Below, in pieces: positions 1 through 12,975 of a DNA stretch of 64,000 nt (positions are counted from its first letter, which is position 1; each line of letters opens with the position of its first letter). Source of the stretch: the human T2T-CHM13v2.0 reference genome, Homo sapiens. The translations under genes and the position numbers were made by a program. The stretch lies in assembly GCF_009914755.1 (NCBI RefSeq), contig NC_060936.1; one strand, 5' to 3'. Below the pieces are notes generated by a model. It searched no databases and was not told the origin of the DNA. It saw only the letters and a program-made list of their open reading frames with translations.

Positions 1-367
1 TCACAAAAATAGGCAGAAAGGGATTGAAGTTCATTGTAAATAGGGAGGAAGGTAGAAATTATTTTTCAGAGGTTGGTGGGTAAGTTAAACACCAAACCAA
101 CTCTTCAGTATTAGGCTGATATTAGAAAAGAGATGGCATGAATAAAGAAATCCTCAAATATTTCATTTTGTCTTACTTAAGCATTTGCATTACAGTCTTT
201 ACCAGTAATTTTCCCTAGATTTGTGGGAAAAAAATCTATCTCTTCTTGAACATCTTAATGGAATGACTGGCTTCATGAGTGGTGGCGATTGAAAGGAATG
301 AATCTGACTATCACCTTACCCTCTTCTGATGTCCGAGTCATATGCTCACCTCTTATCCAACAAAGAA

Positions 368-610
368 ATAATAATAATGATAGCAAATACACATACAGCA
401 CTTACTATGTACAAGGCACTGTTCAAAGTGCTTTCCTTATATTGTTATTTCATGTTTAAAACAGTCTTAGGCAGTAAGTACTATTACTGTAACTTCCATT
501 TCACAGATTAATAAACCATGTCATAACAAGGTTAAGTTACTTGCCACGATCACAGTGTAAGTAGCAAAGTCTGGATTTAAATGGAGGCTCCAGAATCTTG
601 CCTGTCAATC
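368..610 (-). mobile_element. MIR SINE (degenerate)
   Basis: Reverse-strand MIR core motifs: cagcacttactatgt, ccatttcacagat, ggttaagttacttgcc. Confidence 0.7.
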
Positions 611-2524
611 ATTAAATTATTCTGCCTCAAAATGGTTGACACTTGGGAGAAGAGAAGAAAAGAACCTGCAATATATGTTGACTATGGGAGGCGCAGTGGC
701 CTTTTTTGGACTTTGGGTGATGTGCTACCTAAGGAGACTAAATGGCAATTCAAACATTGGAAGAGTGAAAGTTATTTTCTCTGTTAGGGTAGAAGAGTAC
801 TAGACTAGATACAGGTATCTGGAACCATGTGACCTTAAATAAATTACTTAATGTTCATTCCATTTCTTTATTTTTCTGAGTTAAATGCCCATTGGGGACA
901 TTTGGGAATATCAAATTCCCAAATGAATGTGAAAGTGCTTTGGAAAGTAGAATCTTTGTGCGAAGTGAGAAATTGATCTAATATTTAAAAAAGTCTAACT
1001 AATGATATTTTTGCTCTTGTCTTTCAAGTCTAGTGTATTGGTTTCCTTGTTCCTAAAAGGCAGAAATTAAAGATGCCTAACCCATAAGATCAGTAAAAAT
1101 ATAGAGAAATTTCTAGGCACTTTATCCCTTCACCTTTCCATAATTCAACCTTACTTAATTTCACTATTAATGTTATTATAATGTATATCAGATGTACACA
1201 TTGAAAAAATTGCCTTAGTGTCTGTCTCCAGTTCTTCATCCTCAAAGTGTACTTTAACAAATTAATTTCTGGATTTCCTTTCCAGTAGACACTTTTGCTG
1301 TTCTCACCAAGGTCACCAATGTTCTAATTGTCTGATTCTACACATGTATTTCAGAAACCATTCAGAGTTAAAATTCTCCCTCACTGCTGTAATGCCTGGT
1401 ATATATCTCTAATATGTGTTTTCCTCTTTATTTGGCCATTGTTGATTTATATGCCTCATTATTCTCACAAAATTCTGAGCTGCTTGAATGCAAGAGTTAT
1501 TAGTTTATCCCCCTTTGTAATCCTTGCTCAATTCTAGAAACACAGTAGATTTTTGCTAAATATGGATAAACGAGTAGTGAGTGGTAGAAGGTCAATCATA
1601 TATCTGCTTCTTATTCATAATCCATTTGCCTGGTATCACTGAATGGCCCCAGGAAGGCAGAGGAGGCCTGCTGTAAGCAGGCTAATTTTAGGATGAAGCT
1701 GGGGTATACAGAACTAAAGCCAAGGAGAATCAGAGACAGTTCGGTACATAATCAGTTTGAATCAATTGAATCTTGTGTCAAGTAAAAATTATGCTCAACC
1801 AAGAAACCACGAATGCTCACCCCATGTCTCTCACTCTCTCTCTTTGTATTGATTTATGAATGTAGCTGACAGAGAGCTGTTGCTAGGGGACAGATATCGT
1901 TTCCAAAGAAGCCATGCAATTTGCAAGAACTGACAACGAAAAAATATTACACAGAGCCCTGTTCCATTGTAAAAAACACAGCATATCATTACAAAGAAGA
2001 ATATTTAGTTCATTTATGTCTTAATCCCATTGAAGGGGTGAGTGGACCCTGAAACCAGCTTGAATTAGGGCTCAGGACAGTATGAGCAGCATGCTAGAAA
2101 TTTCTGTGATTGTCCCTAAACTATTCATTAATTCAGGTAAATAGTTATTGGGGTCCATTCTGAGCAGGAAAGGGATGCACAGTGATTAAGATCCCCCTAC
2201 CCAAAGGAGTTTACAGCCCAGTGGTAGAAAGTGACTCACCATTTTTGTAGGTTAATATTAACCAAATAATAGAAATTTCATTATTTGATTCAATCTAATG
2301 CTACTAATACAATGTGGATTGCATAGTGATGGAAATGCTGAAGATATTGAGCAGAAAATAGATTGGAAGATGGGGCGGTGGCTAAGGAAAGCATACTAGA
2401 GATGTCTACGCTGAGACTTAAACAATGTGCATGAAAAAGAGAAGAAAAGAAGTGGAGAAGGGGGAGCCCAGCATTCCAGGCTGAGTAAGATGAATGAACA
2501 TAGACAGTGAAATGAGAGACAACA

Positions 2525-2733
2525 GGTTGGGTGCAGTGGTTCACACCTGTAATCCCAGCACTTTGGGAAGCCAAGGCTGGCAGATCACTTGAGGCCAGGA
2601 GCTTGAGACCAGCCTGGCCAACATGGCGAAACCCTGTTTCTACTAAAAATACAAAAATTACCCGGGCGTGGTAGTGCACACCTGTAATCCCAGCTACTCA
2701 GGAGGCTGAGGCTGGAGAATTGCTTGAACCTGG
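2525..2733 (+). mobile_element. Alu (S-type), 3'-truncated, no poly-A
   Basis: Left arm, tactaaaaatacaaaaatta linker, right arm ending at gcttgaacctgg; flanked by tgagagacaaca (2513-2524) and tgagaaacaaca (2734-2745). Confidence 0.95.
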
Positions 2734-2803
2734 TGAGAAACAACAAAATATGTGTAGGACACAGCACATCATTTAATGTTGTAGTATAAAGTGTGAGGCA
2801 GGG

Positions 2804-3198
2804 TGATATAGTTTGGATGTGTGTCCCCACCCAAATCTCATATGAAATGTTATCCTCAATCTGGTGGGAAGTGATTGGATCATGGGGGCAGATTTCTCAT
2901 GAATGGTTTAGCACCATCCCTCTTGGTATGGTCTTCGCAATAGTGAGTGAGTTCTTGTGAGATCAGGTCCTTAAAAGTGTGTAGCACCTCCCCTTTCTCT
3001 TTCTTTTCCTCCTGCTTTCGCCATGTGAAGTGCCTGCTCCTGCTTTGCCTTCTGCCATGAGTAAAAGCTCCCTGAGGCCTCCCCAGAAGCAGATGCTGCT
3101 ATGCCTCCTAAAGAACGGTGAGCCAATTAACTCTCTTTCCTTATAAATTACCTAGTCTCAGGTATTTCTCTATAGCAATGAGAGAATGGACAAATACA
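2804..3198 (+). mobile_element. MaLR solo LTR, MSTA/MSTB-type
   Basis: Starts tgatatagtttggatgtgtgtccccacccaaatctc, ends ggacaaataca; 5-bp TSD-like caggg/caagg. Confidence 0.88.
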
Positions 3199-5699
3199 CA
3201 AGGAGTAAGAAAAGAGGAACCTGAGCAGGAGTCAGACCATGGATGGGCTTGTATTCCATGTTTGTGTTGTCGCCACTACTAGACCCCAAAATGACATTTT
3301 TCTGATCCTCTTGGGCTGGGACCCACATTTCCCTTTGTTTCTCTTTAATATCTCAAATGCATTCCCTTGTCTTTAAAACAATGGCTAGATACAAATGCAC
3401 TGAAATAAGAGCACAGGAGGCCTACATTTCAGTGCTAGGCTGTGAATTAATTGTCTTAAATATAATGCCTAATCTCAGTTTTTCCACTTGTGAAAATAAG
3501 CTTTTAATGCTATTTTAAGGATAATTGTTCCATGTGAATAAGACAAATAATACTTTCACAAATTTCTTATAAATGGAAACAAGAAATCCAAATTAGGAAT
3601 TGCTTTTGCATATAGTGTCCAAGTGTACATTAGTATATGTATTTTTAACCTCAATTGTTTCTATAATTTCATATATTCAAGGGTTCTTCCCGAAAAAAAT
3701 AAGATGAAAGTATTGAGCATTTTTATTAATAAATTAAACATTACATAAATGCATATTATATATGCACTTATGTTTGGAAACATATGTGTGTGTGTGTATA
3801 CATATATGGTAATGGAAATAGAGTAAACATATAGGAATTTCATCAAATATTTGAGAATAAAAAAATTAAGTCTAAAAAACTTGGAAGTAGACCCATTAAA
3901 TCTAATACAAATTAAGAAAAATAAAGAATCATTATCATTCTTCAATAATACTCTGTGTTTTGAATCTTGTCATTGAGTAATATTTATCCTTATACATAGC
4001 ACCTTCAGCACCTAGCATGGTGCTTCATTTACACTAGGAGCTGAAAAAATGCTTGTATGAATGGATGAGAAATATTCCATCCTTCTCTCATTTCTCTTTT
4101 TGGTAGTATTAGTTTTTATTCTAAAGCATGTCTTCACTTTTCTCATTGGATGTTTTGCATTACATTTTACCCTCATCTTTATATGATTGTGTGTTTCATT
4201 AAGTGAATGAACTAATGTGGAAGTACCTCAAGAGATAGTTCTTCTCATGAATTTACTTCTAAGGTGACTGTAGTTGTAACCGGAGAAGATTTGTTTTAAA
4301 ACTTTGAAACAGAAAGGATGATCCTTGCAGATAGATCATGTGAAATCAATCTAACAGCCTATGATTTTTCCAGTTTGAAGGCTTTCCTGTCTATACCAGA
4401 GTTCATCTCACAATTATGGTAGCCAGTGCTGACTACTACATTGCAGTTGTTTACTTATTTTGGAAGATGACACTCTTGATATATAGTCAGTGTCATACCT
4501 GCTATTGAGGTTCTCAGAACAAGTTGCATCTCCCAGAAAAGATGTTTCGTATAAAAAATACTCAGAATACATTATAAAAACCAAGACTTTTTTACATGTA
4601 ACTAAACATGCAATTTTTATCTTTCATGTAATTAGACAGGATTTACTCTTTTTGTAAATGCTGTTAACACTGAAGCTGCAGGGTTCTGTTTTGTTCACTG
4701 CTGTATCTCTCCAGGCCTAGAGAATTTCCTAGGATATAGTGAGCACTCAATAAATATGTGTGACAAGCACAGATCATAGAGAAACCTGAGGACAGGAACC
4801 CAGAGGAAGAGCTAGCATTGTACAAATGGAGAGAAACTGTTACTTGATGATAACTACAGAAAGGTAGGCATTCTGCAATTTTGTTAACATCTAAGGAAAG
4901 ATACTCCCATCCTTGACTGACTTAAATTCCTTGAAGTTGAAGGCCATTAGAGATGTAGGAACACAGTCTGAAATATTCCTCCAAAAGGCTTAAACTTGAT
5001 ACTTGTAGTTGGAAATATCATAAATTGTCTGCAATCACTATTAAAAGTCCTCATACAATCAAGTGCCTATTTTAAACTGGCATGGGATCAGAAGGAGAAG
5101 AAACAGAAAAGATTAGCCAATAATTCAGAATCTGTGAAGAAAGGAGAGAATTCAGGTAAGATCAGTCAGACATGAAGGGTTTCCTTACATCTGAGGAATG
5201 ATTTCCGATTCCTCAGTAACGAAGATTTGAAAACAAATAGCAGGATCCTACTGTGTGCAACTAAGGTTCGTTGTATGTATATTTATGCAGAAATCCTCAG
5301 TTTACTAAACTGTATACAGTTTTCATCTCATTTTGTAGTTTCCATTATTGTTAATTAACACTCTCATAGTCTTTATAGAAATTCACAGAAAGATGAAAAA
5401 ATTGAATTTAGGCATTATTTTAGAAAGATAATCTCTAAATAATTGTCTTAATCTTGTGCCCAAAATAGACAGATGGAATATATGGCATTTCCTCCAGGGT
5501 GGTGCCGTAACAATGCTTATTTCTGTTTAACATCCTTTTGTTGGTTTCTATATCAGAATTTGCCAGATGGCAGACTGGGTATAGAGGTTTAGATGATGAG
5601 AATGTGACAACCAGAAGTTATCATTTGTATTAGCCACTATGCTGAACGCTTTACATGTATTACATAAATTACCTCATTTAATTCTCTTAAAAATCTTGC

Positions 5700-5828
5700 A
5701 CCCTGCTCTGCCTTGCAACTCCGCAGAAAGTCCTTACAATCGAGAAAGCCCCCACCAGGTGCAGCCCCTCAACCTTGAACTTCTCAGCCTCCATAACTGT
5801 AAGAGAAAAAATTTTTTTCTTTATAGAT
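5700..5828 (+). mobile_element. MaLR LTR 3' fragment (MST/MLT1-like)
   Basis: caaccttgaacttctcagcctccataactgtaagag...ttctttata resembles the MaLR LTR 3' end. Confidence 0.55.
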
Positions 5829-5849
5829 TAAAAAGAAACTTGCAATACT

Positions 5850-6092
5850 AGTAATAATAATAGCAAGCCATCACAGTGTGTACTGCCTGTCAAGCACTGG
5901 TCTACCTATTTTATGTACGTTAACTTATTCACTTCTTGGAGTAAACATAAGAAGGGTTATTATTTCTCCCATTTTATAGATGAAAAACTGAAGCACAGAG
6001 ATGTTAGCTATCCGTTGAGGATACACAGATGATAAATGGCAGAGCTAGAATTTGAAGCCAGGTCATCTGGTTCCATAGTCCAAACTCTTAAC
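5850..6092 (-). mobile_element. MIR SINE
   Basis: cccattttatagatgaaaaactgaagcacagagatgttag...ggcagagctagaatttgaagccagg. Confidence 0.75.
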
Positions 6093-6150
6093 TGTGAATA
6101 TGCATCTCATATTCTTTAAGGTGACCCTGTCTTAAGAATTACCTTGTTTT

Positions 6151-7343
6151 AGGGTACCCACAGTCCCCTGCACCGCTCACGCCAGAGGTCGCCGGTCTGC
6201 ATGGGCCCCGGCCCTGTGACCACCATGCTGGGGGCAGGGACTGTGTGCAGACGGATCCCCCACCCCCAACACGCATTTTATGAGGGAGACCCCGACAGAG
6301 GACACTTGAACCAGAATCTCAGGACCCTGCCCAGGGAGCTGCCAGCCCAGGGAGTAGATTCCCATGGGCCCCCCGCCCCCCTCCGTCCCCTCCCTGAGCA
6401 CCCACAGTCCACCTGGCCAGGCCTCCTGGCCGCCACGCAGAATACCTCGAATCAGGCGGGCTGTGATCGAGCCCCCCTGACCTGTCAGCCTCGAGCCCAA
6501 CACCCGACTCGGGGCCGAGGCTAGGCTGCCCCTCCCTGTGGGCTCAGGGTCTCCTGCCGGGGAGGCAGCCAAGAGCTCTGTCCACAAAACCAAATCTGGG
6601 TGTCAGAGGCCAAGACCCCGGGGTGGGATCAGGGACCATCCCCTCACGGGGCATAAGGTCATTTTTCCCCCAGAGCCTGGATCCCTGTCCCCCACGGGGC
6701 AAGCTGGGTCCCTGGAGCCCTGGAGTGGAGCGGCGAGTCCCGGGGCGGTGCCTGTCTCAGAAGGAGCGGCCCTTGGCCAGCCACCCTCCAGCGACACTTT
6801 GCAACTCCTGGAGCACCCGCCAGGATCAAAGCCATCACCAGGTGCAGGTGGGCGCCAGGCCCTCTGTGGGCAGGCCGGGGACCAGCAGGCTCCTCAGCCA
6901 ACCCTGTCCCTTGGCCCGGCCTTGCCACAGAGAGGGACCCCAGCCCATCGTGGGCGTCGTCAGGGCTCAGCCTCTCCCACCTCCCCCAAGAAGCCCAGGG
7001 AATATGGATGCCTGGACGTCTGAGCCCAGCTTCCTGCGTCCCCACCCGGCCCTCCTGGCCCCTTGCCCTCAGGCAGCGGGCCAGCCCCGCCCTCACTCCC
7101 CCGGTACCCTCCCAGGGGCTTCCGGGGCTTTTCACCTGGAGAAACACCCCCCACTCCCCTTTGGCCTCCCTGTACTCTAAGCTGTGAATATTTTTAACCC
7201 TGTAAATATGGCCAGCTGTTGTGACACACAGACTATTTTATCAACTGTCAGCCCCGTTCCTTTACGATAGGATTCTCCACAGTGGTTTCCGACTCAGGAT
7301 CCAATGGACCAAATAAAAGCGTTTTGTTTTGTGGAAAAAAAAA
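6151..7343 (+). pseudogene. Processed retrocopy of a GC-rich mRNA 3' end (5'-truncated; parent not identified)
   Basis: Abrupt GC-rich island in AT-rich DNA; AATAAA at 7312-7317; A-tail from 7335; TSD aattaccttgtttt at 6137-6150 and 7344-7357. Confidence 0.88.
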
Positions 7344-8384
7344 AATTACCTTGTTTTGTTGTTTCCGAAATCTTCCCCAGTTGATATTTTCAAATATCAA
7401 GATGAGCTAATGTATTTAGATTTTAGATGTATCAGATAATCTATTTTCTGACAAGTTTGCCTCAGAGAGTTGGTCAAATGCATGTAGAATTTTTAGCTGA
7501 AATATAAAGTTAGGCTCTTAAGCATAACTTAAAGGCCCATAAGCATAAATTAACTTTTAAGACATGTGAGCATAACTTAACTCTGTTTGTTGAAATTGAG
7601 TACAAGTTCCATTTCGAGCTAATGCTTCAAACTCTTGATTTCTAAAGTACAAGATAATGAATTGATTATGAGTGGATTAATCTGCTAAATCTGTATTTCT
7701 TAGCATGAATACATCCACTTTCAAAACCGTACAATTTAAGTTTGCCAACTTTCCTTACTGTGTCTTTCTTTGCACATTCAAAATGGAATTGATAATTACA
7801 AACCTTTAAAATAAAATTTAAATATATTAGCTATCTAAACATTTATTTCTCCTGACAAAATTGAATTTCACTCATGCACATTTGCTATCTTTTCTCCGTC
7901 AAACTCATCTTGTTTTTTTGAATGTATTGCTTAAAAGAAAATAAGTATCCATGTAATATAGTGACATACAGTGTTCCCATGAAAGGATATACATACCAGT
8001 GAAAATCCGCCGTCAGAGTTTTACTTTTGTGATCACACATGTGTATTGCTAGTCCTGAAACCTCTTTCATTGATGAATATTTTGTGTGTGTGTGTGTGTT
8101 TTGAGCTGCCTTGGCTATTTCCTTCTGTAGCTTAGTAGATATTAATACTATATACTCAAGATATAGAATGTTATTTTTGATATCAGTACATATAATCTGT
8201 CTTTATAAAAATCTCACTGCTCCTTTTTGTGTATACTGTTAAGAGTTCAACTTGAGAATATCTATTTGAGGTAGGTACAAAATAAGTAGACGATATCTTT
8301 AGGAACATAATCTTATTCGGTAGGACAAGATGTCTAGATAGAAAACAACTAGAAAAGATTTCCTGTTTCCCCTTCTGGGAATAT

Positions 8385-8682
8385 TCTGGTAGACACTCAT
8401 ATGATTTACTCCTTTAATCTATTTAGATCTCTACTCAAAGGTCATATCCACAGAGAGGCCTTTCTCAACTGCCCTATCTATAATACTACCCATATCCTAC
8501 TCTATCCACTTACTATGCGTCATTCCTCAATGGTCAGCTGACTATATTTGCTTGCTAGCTGTCTGCCTCTAGTATAGAATTTCAAGGTGGTGGGAACTTT
8601 GTTTGGTTTACTGTTCTGCCCTCGTCAGCTAGGGCAGTGCTTAGTTCATCAGAGGTACTCAATAAACCTTTGGTGAATGAAA
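8385..8682 (+). mobile_element. L2 LINE 3' end (degenerate)
   Basis: tttagatctctactcaaaggtcatatccacagagaggcct...gtactcaataaacctttggtgaatgaa. Confidence 0.6.
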
Positions 8683-9002
8683 ACTATAATGGGTATAAAA
8701 ATTTACGTTGTTTTATGTAGAAAAAGTGAGAGATTTATGTGAATTATGCATATTTTCACTTTTTCAATAGGTGTACAGTCCAATCCTGGATATTGTTTTA
8801 TGCTGACCCTTTTGAAAAGTTTTGGCTCAAAAATGACACATGTACTATCCATAGCATTGCAATGAAAAGAACAAGTTAGAAGGACACAGCTAGATGCAAG
8901 CAGAATGTGGGCAGGGGAGGGTTTGTGGTGGTGGTGGAAAATGTATCCTGGCTGGGTGGCCAGCCACTTCCCAGTGACAACTTTATACTTTTTACTGTAG
9001 AA

Positions 9003-10408
9003 CAGTGGTCCCCAACCTTTTTGGCACCAGGGAACAGTTTCATGTAAGATAATTTTTCCATGGGGGTAGTAGGGGACATGGATGGTTTCAGGAAGAAACA
9101 GTTCCACCTCAGATCATCAGGCATTAGATCCTCACAAGGATCTCGCAACCTAGATCCCTCGCATGTGCAGTTCACAATAGAATTTGCACTCCTATGATAA
9201 TCTAATGGTGCACTGCTCTGACAGGAGGCAGAGCTCAGGCGGAAATGCTCCCTGGCCTGCCACTCACTGTTGCGGGAAGTCAGGGACCCCAAATGGAGGG
9301 ACCGGCTGAAGCCATGGCAGAAGAACGTGGATTGTGAAGATTTTATGGACATTTATTAGTTCCCCAAATTAATACTTTTGTAATTTCTTATGCCTGTCTT
9401 TACTGCAATCTCTAAACATAAATTGTAAAGATTTCATGGACACTTATCACTTCCCCAGTCAATACCCTTGTGATTTCCTATGCCTGTCTTTAATTTAATC
9501 TCTTAATCCTGTCAGTTGAGGAGGATGTATATCGTCTCAGGACCCTGTAATAATTGTGTTAACTACACAAATTGTACAGCATGTGTGTTTGAGCAATATG
9601 AAATGTGGGCACCCTGAAAAAAGAACAGGATAACAGCAATTGTTCAGGGAATAAGAGAGATAACCTTAAACTCTGACCGCCGGTGAGCCGGGCAGAACAG
9701 AGCCATATTTCTCTTCTTTCAAAAGCAAATGGGAGAATTATCGTTGAATTCTTTTTCTCAGCATGGAACCGCCCTGAGAAAGAGAATGCGCACCTAGGGG
9801 TAGGTCTCTGAACTGGCCCCCCCAGGGCGTACCTGTCTCTTGTGGTTGAGATTGCAGAGGTGAAATAAACTCCAGTCTCCGATAGCGCTCCCAGGCTTAT
9901 TAGGAAGAGAAAATTCCTGCCTAATAAATTTTGGTCAGACCGGTTGATCTCAAAACCCTGTCTCCTGATAGGATGTTATGAATGACAGTGGTGCCCAAAA
10001 CTTCATTAGCAATTTTAATTTCGCTTTGGTCTTGCGGTCCTGTGATCTCGCCCTGCCTCCACTTGCCTTGTGATATTCTATTACCCTGTTAAGTACTTGA
10101 TGTCTGTCACTCACACCTATTCATATACTCCCTCCCCTTTTGAAACTCCCTAATAAAAACTTGCTGGTTTTTGTGGCTTGTGGGGATATCACGGATCCTA
10201 CCAACGTGTGATGTCTCCCCCGGATGCCCAGCTTTAAAATTTCTCTCTTTTGTACTCTGTCCCTTTATTTCTCAAGCCAGCCGATGCTTAGGAAAATAGA
10301 AAAGAACCTACGTGATTATCGGGGCAGGTCCCCCAATAACTCACCTCCTGCTGTGCGGCCCAGTTCCTAACTGGCCATAGGCAGCAGCCTGGGGATTGGG
10401 GACCCCTG
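9003..10408 (+). mobile_element. MER1B-type hAT-Charlie MITE, split by MER11 (pieces 9003-9267 and 10339-10408)
   Basis: TIRs cagtggtccccaa...ttggggacccctg; 8-bp TSD ctgtagaa/ctgtagga. Confidence 0.88.
9268..10338 (+). mobile_element. MER11 (probably MER11C) solo LTR, HERV-K11/HML-8
   Basis: Starts tgttgcgggaagtcagggacccc, ends ggtcccccaata; 1071 bp; perfect 6-bp TSD actcac. Confidence 0.92.
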
Positions 10409-12146
10409 CTGTAGGAGGAAGAGTATATATTTTGTTGTGATCATCTCTGCCACAGTTTGCCCCTTTGGTCAGCAAATTTCTGGGCAGAACATCCTCTATC
10501 ACACATCAAATAAATGCAGCTTTTTCTTGGGGGGGAAATTCCTCATCCATTGCCTTCCATGACTTTCGATTTCACCCATGTAATCATATGACATGTACAT
10601 TGGAAGAGAATCTTCCATGAGGTTGGTTTCTTGCTGTTGCAAATCTAGAGAACCAAAGTTTGAGGCTCAAACACTTATAGACTTACCTGCTAAAATCAAT
10701 AAGTAGGCAAAAGCCAACGCATCTTCTTTTTCTTTCTATCCATTTTCTCTAGAGCCACTGCTTCAATAGGGAAGTAGTATGCCTTCTAAATTATTGTTAA
10801 TGAGAACTATCAATTTCTGTCATACAACACATGGGGCACTAGCTTTTCAGTTTATGGTATGTATTTTCATGCCTTGTGGTATCTTCTAGTATTAAGCTAA
10901 TCACCATTTATTTTAGATTATTGTTAAGGCAGAACACTAATGTTCTAATTTCCATATTAAGTTTTAAAATTCGTTTGAGTGATTATTTTCAATTTCCTCC
11001 CATGGCTTCTTACTCTACTGTCTTAATGTGATTAATAGTGTATAATGACCAAATTGCAAGCAAGAGAAAGAAGAATAGAAAAAAAAATAAGATGACATTC
11101 TAAATAGCTTATCAATGTTTACATAATAGTGAAATACTAGAAAAGGTATTTTCTTAATAATTATCTTTTAAAAATTTCAAATAAAAATAACTCTAATGTT
11201 TGAAATATGGAGATGGATCTCATGATTATAGTTGGAAACTCAGTGGTTTATAGATTTATAGCAAGTATTCATAAAAAATTTCTTATTAACATACTCATTA
11301 GTTAAATTTACTTTTGATGCTATTTCTGAGTCACACGAAATGTACACAGATTTTGGGTTCTAAATGCCCTTCTCCTATGCAGGAGAAATTCTTTGGTCAT
11401 TCAACAGCTAATCAACAGCTAGAATATATAAAGTTAAAAATGTCTCATTTGTATTTAGAGCTGATTGTGTAAAGATGATCCTTGCAGGTTGTTCTAGTCT
11501 GGGCACCATTATAGTAACTACATCTGACACGTGAGTCTACCTGATTCAGAGGAACTTTAACAAAAGTTGACATACACTTTTAGCTTGGGGCCAGTGCCGT
11601 GAGCTTGGTAGTTACACAATAAACATAGCCCTTATTATTCTCATTATATGTATATTTAGATATATACATCACCTACTCTAATGATAATAACTAATTCTTC
11701 CTCTTTAAAATATTAGGTAAACTCATAAGGCAGGACTGTCAAGGGAAATGTCCATACTGGAGATGAACAGGGTTATTATTGCTTTCATGGCTTAATTCTA
11801 GTGATCCATTTTAGTCCATCACAAACTGACTTTTTCTTTGTACAGTAACTGTCATTGCCTAAGCACTCTGAAATTAGTTTATATTCACAATTGTTAAAAA
11901 TTCTGTCATGAAGAGAGACCTCCTCAGCCATTATTCTACTTGATCCTTTTGGTATAATAAATTTGGTGCCATAAATACTTGTGCGCTGATAAAATGATGG
12001 TGAGGTCTCTGTTACAAACCTTTACAAAATAGCTTCTCTTACTGACATGGGGTTGTTTTGTTGTATCAGTTCTTCTATTTGGGTTAATTATTATTATTAT
12101 AATTTTTGATCATGCCTATCTTTTTCCTGCAGTATGTTTGGGATAA

Positions 12147-12489
<343 letters not shown>

Positions 12490-12495
12490 TATTAA

Positions 12496-12975
<480 letters not shown>

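Noticed and set aside
899-925. Perfect 11-bp hairpin catttgggaat-atcaa-attcccaaatg
   Set aside because: Too short for a pre-miRNA or MITE; one such stem is plausible by chance in 64 kb of AT-rich DNA.
6177-7180. Overlapping 100-185 aa ORFs on both strands as a novel gene
   Set aside because: Expected in very GC-rich sequence, where stop codons are rare; no recognisable domain; lies inside a 5'-truncated retrocopy.
4317-11487. Shared 14-mer gatgatccttgcag at 4317-4330 and 11474-11487
   Set aside because: Several 14-mer matches are expected by chance in a window this size, and the flanks do not extend the match.
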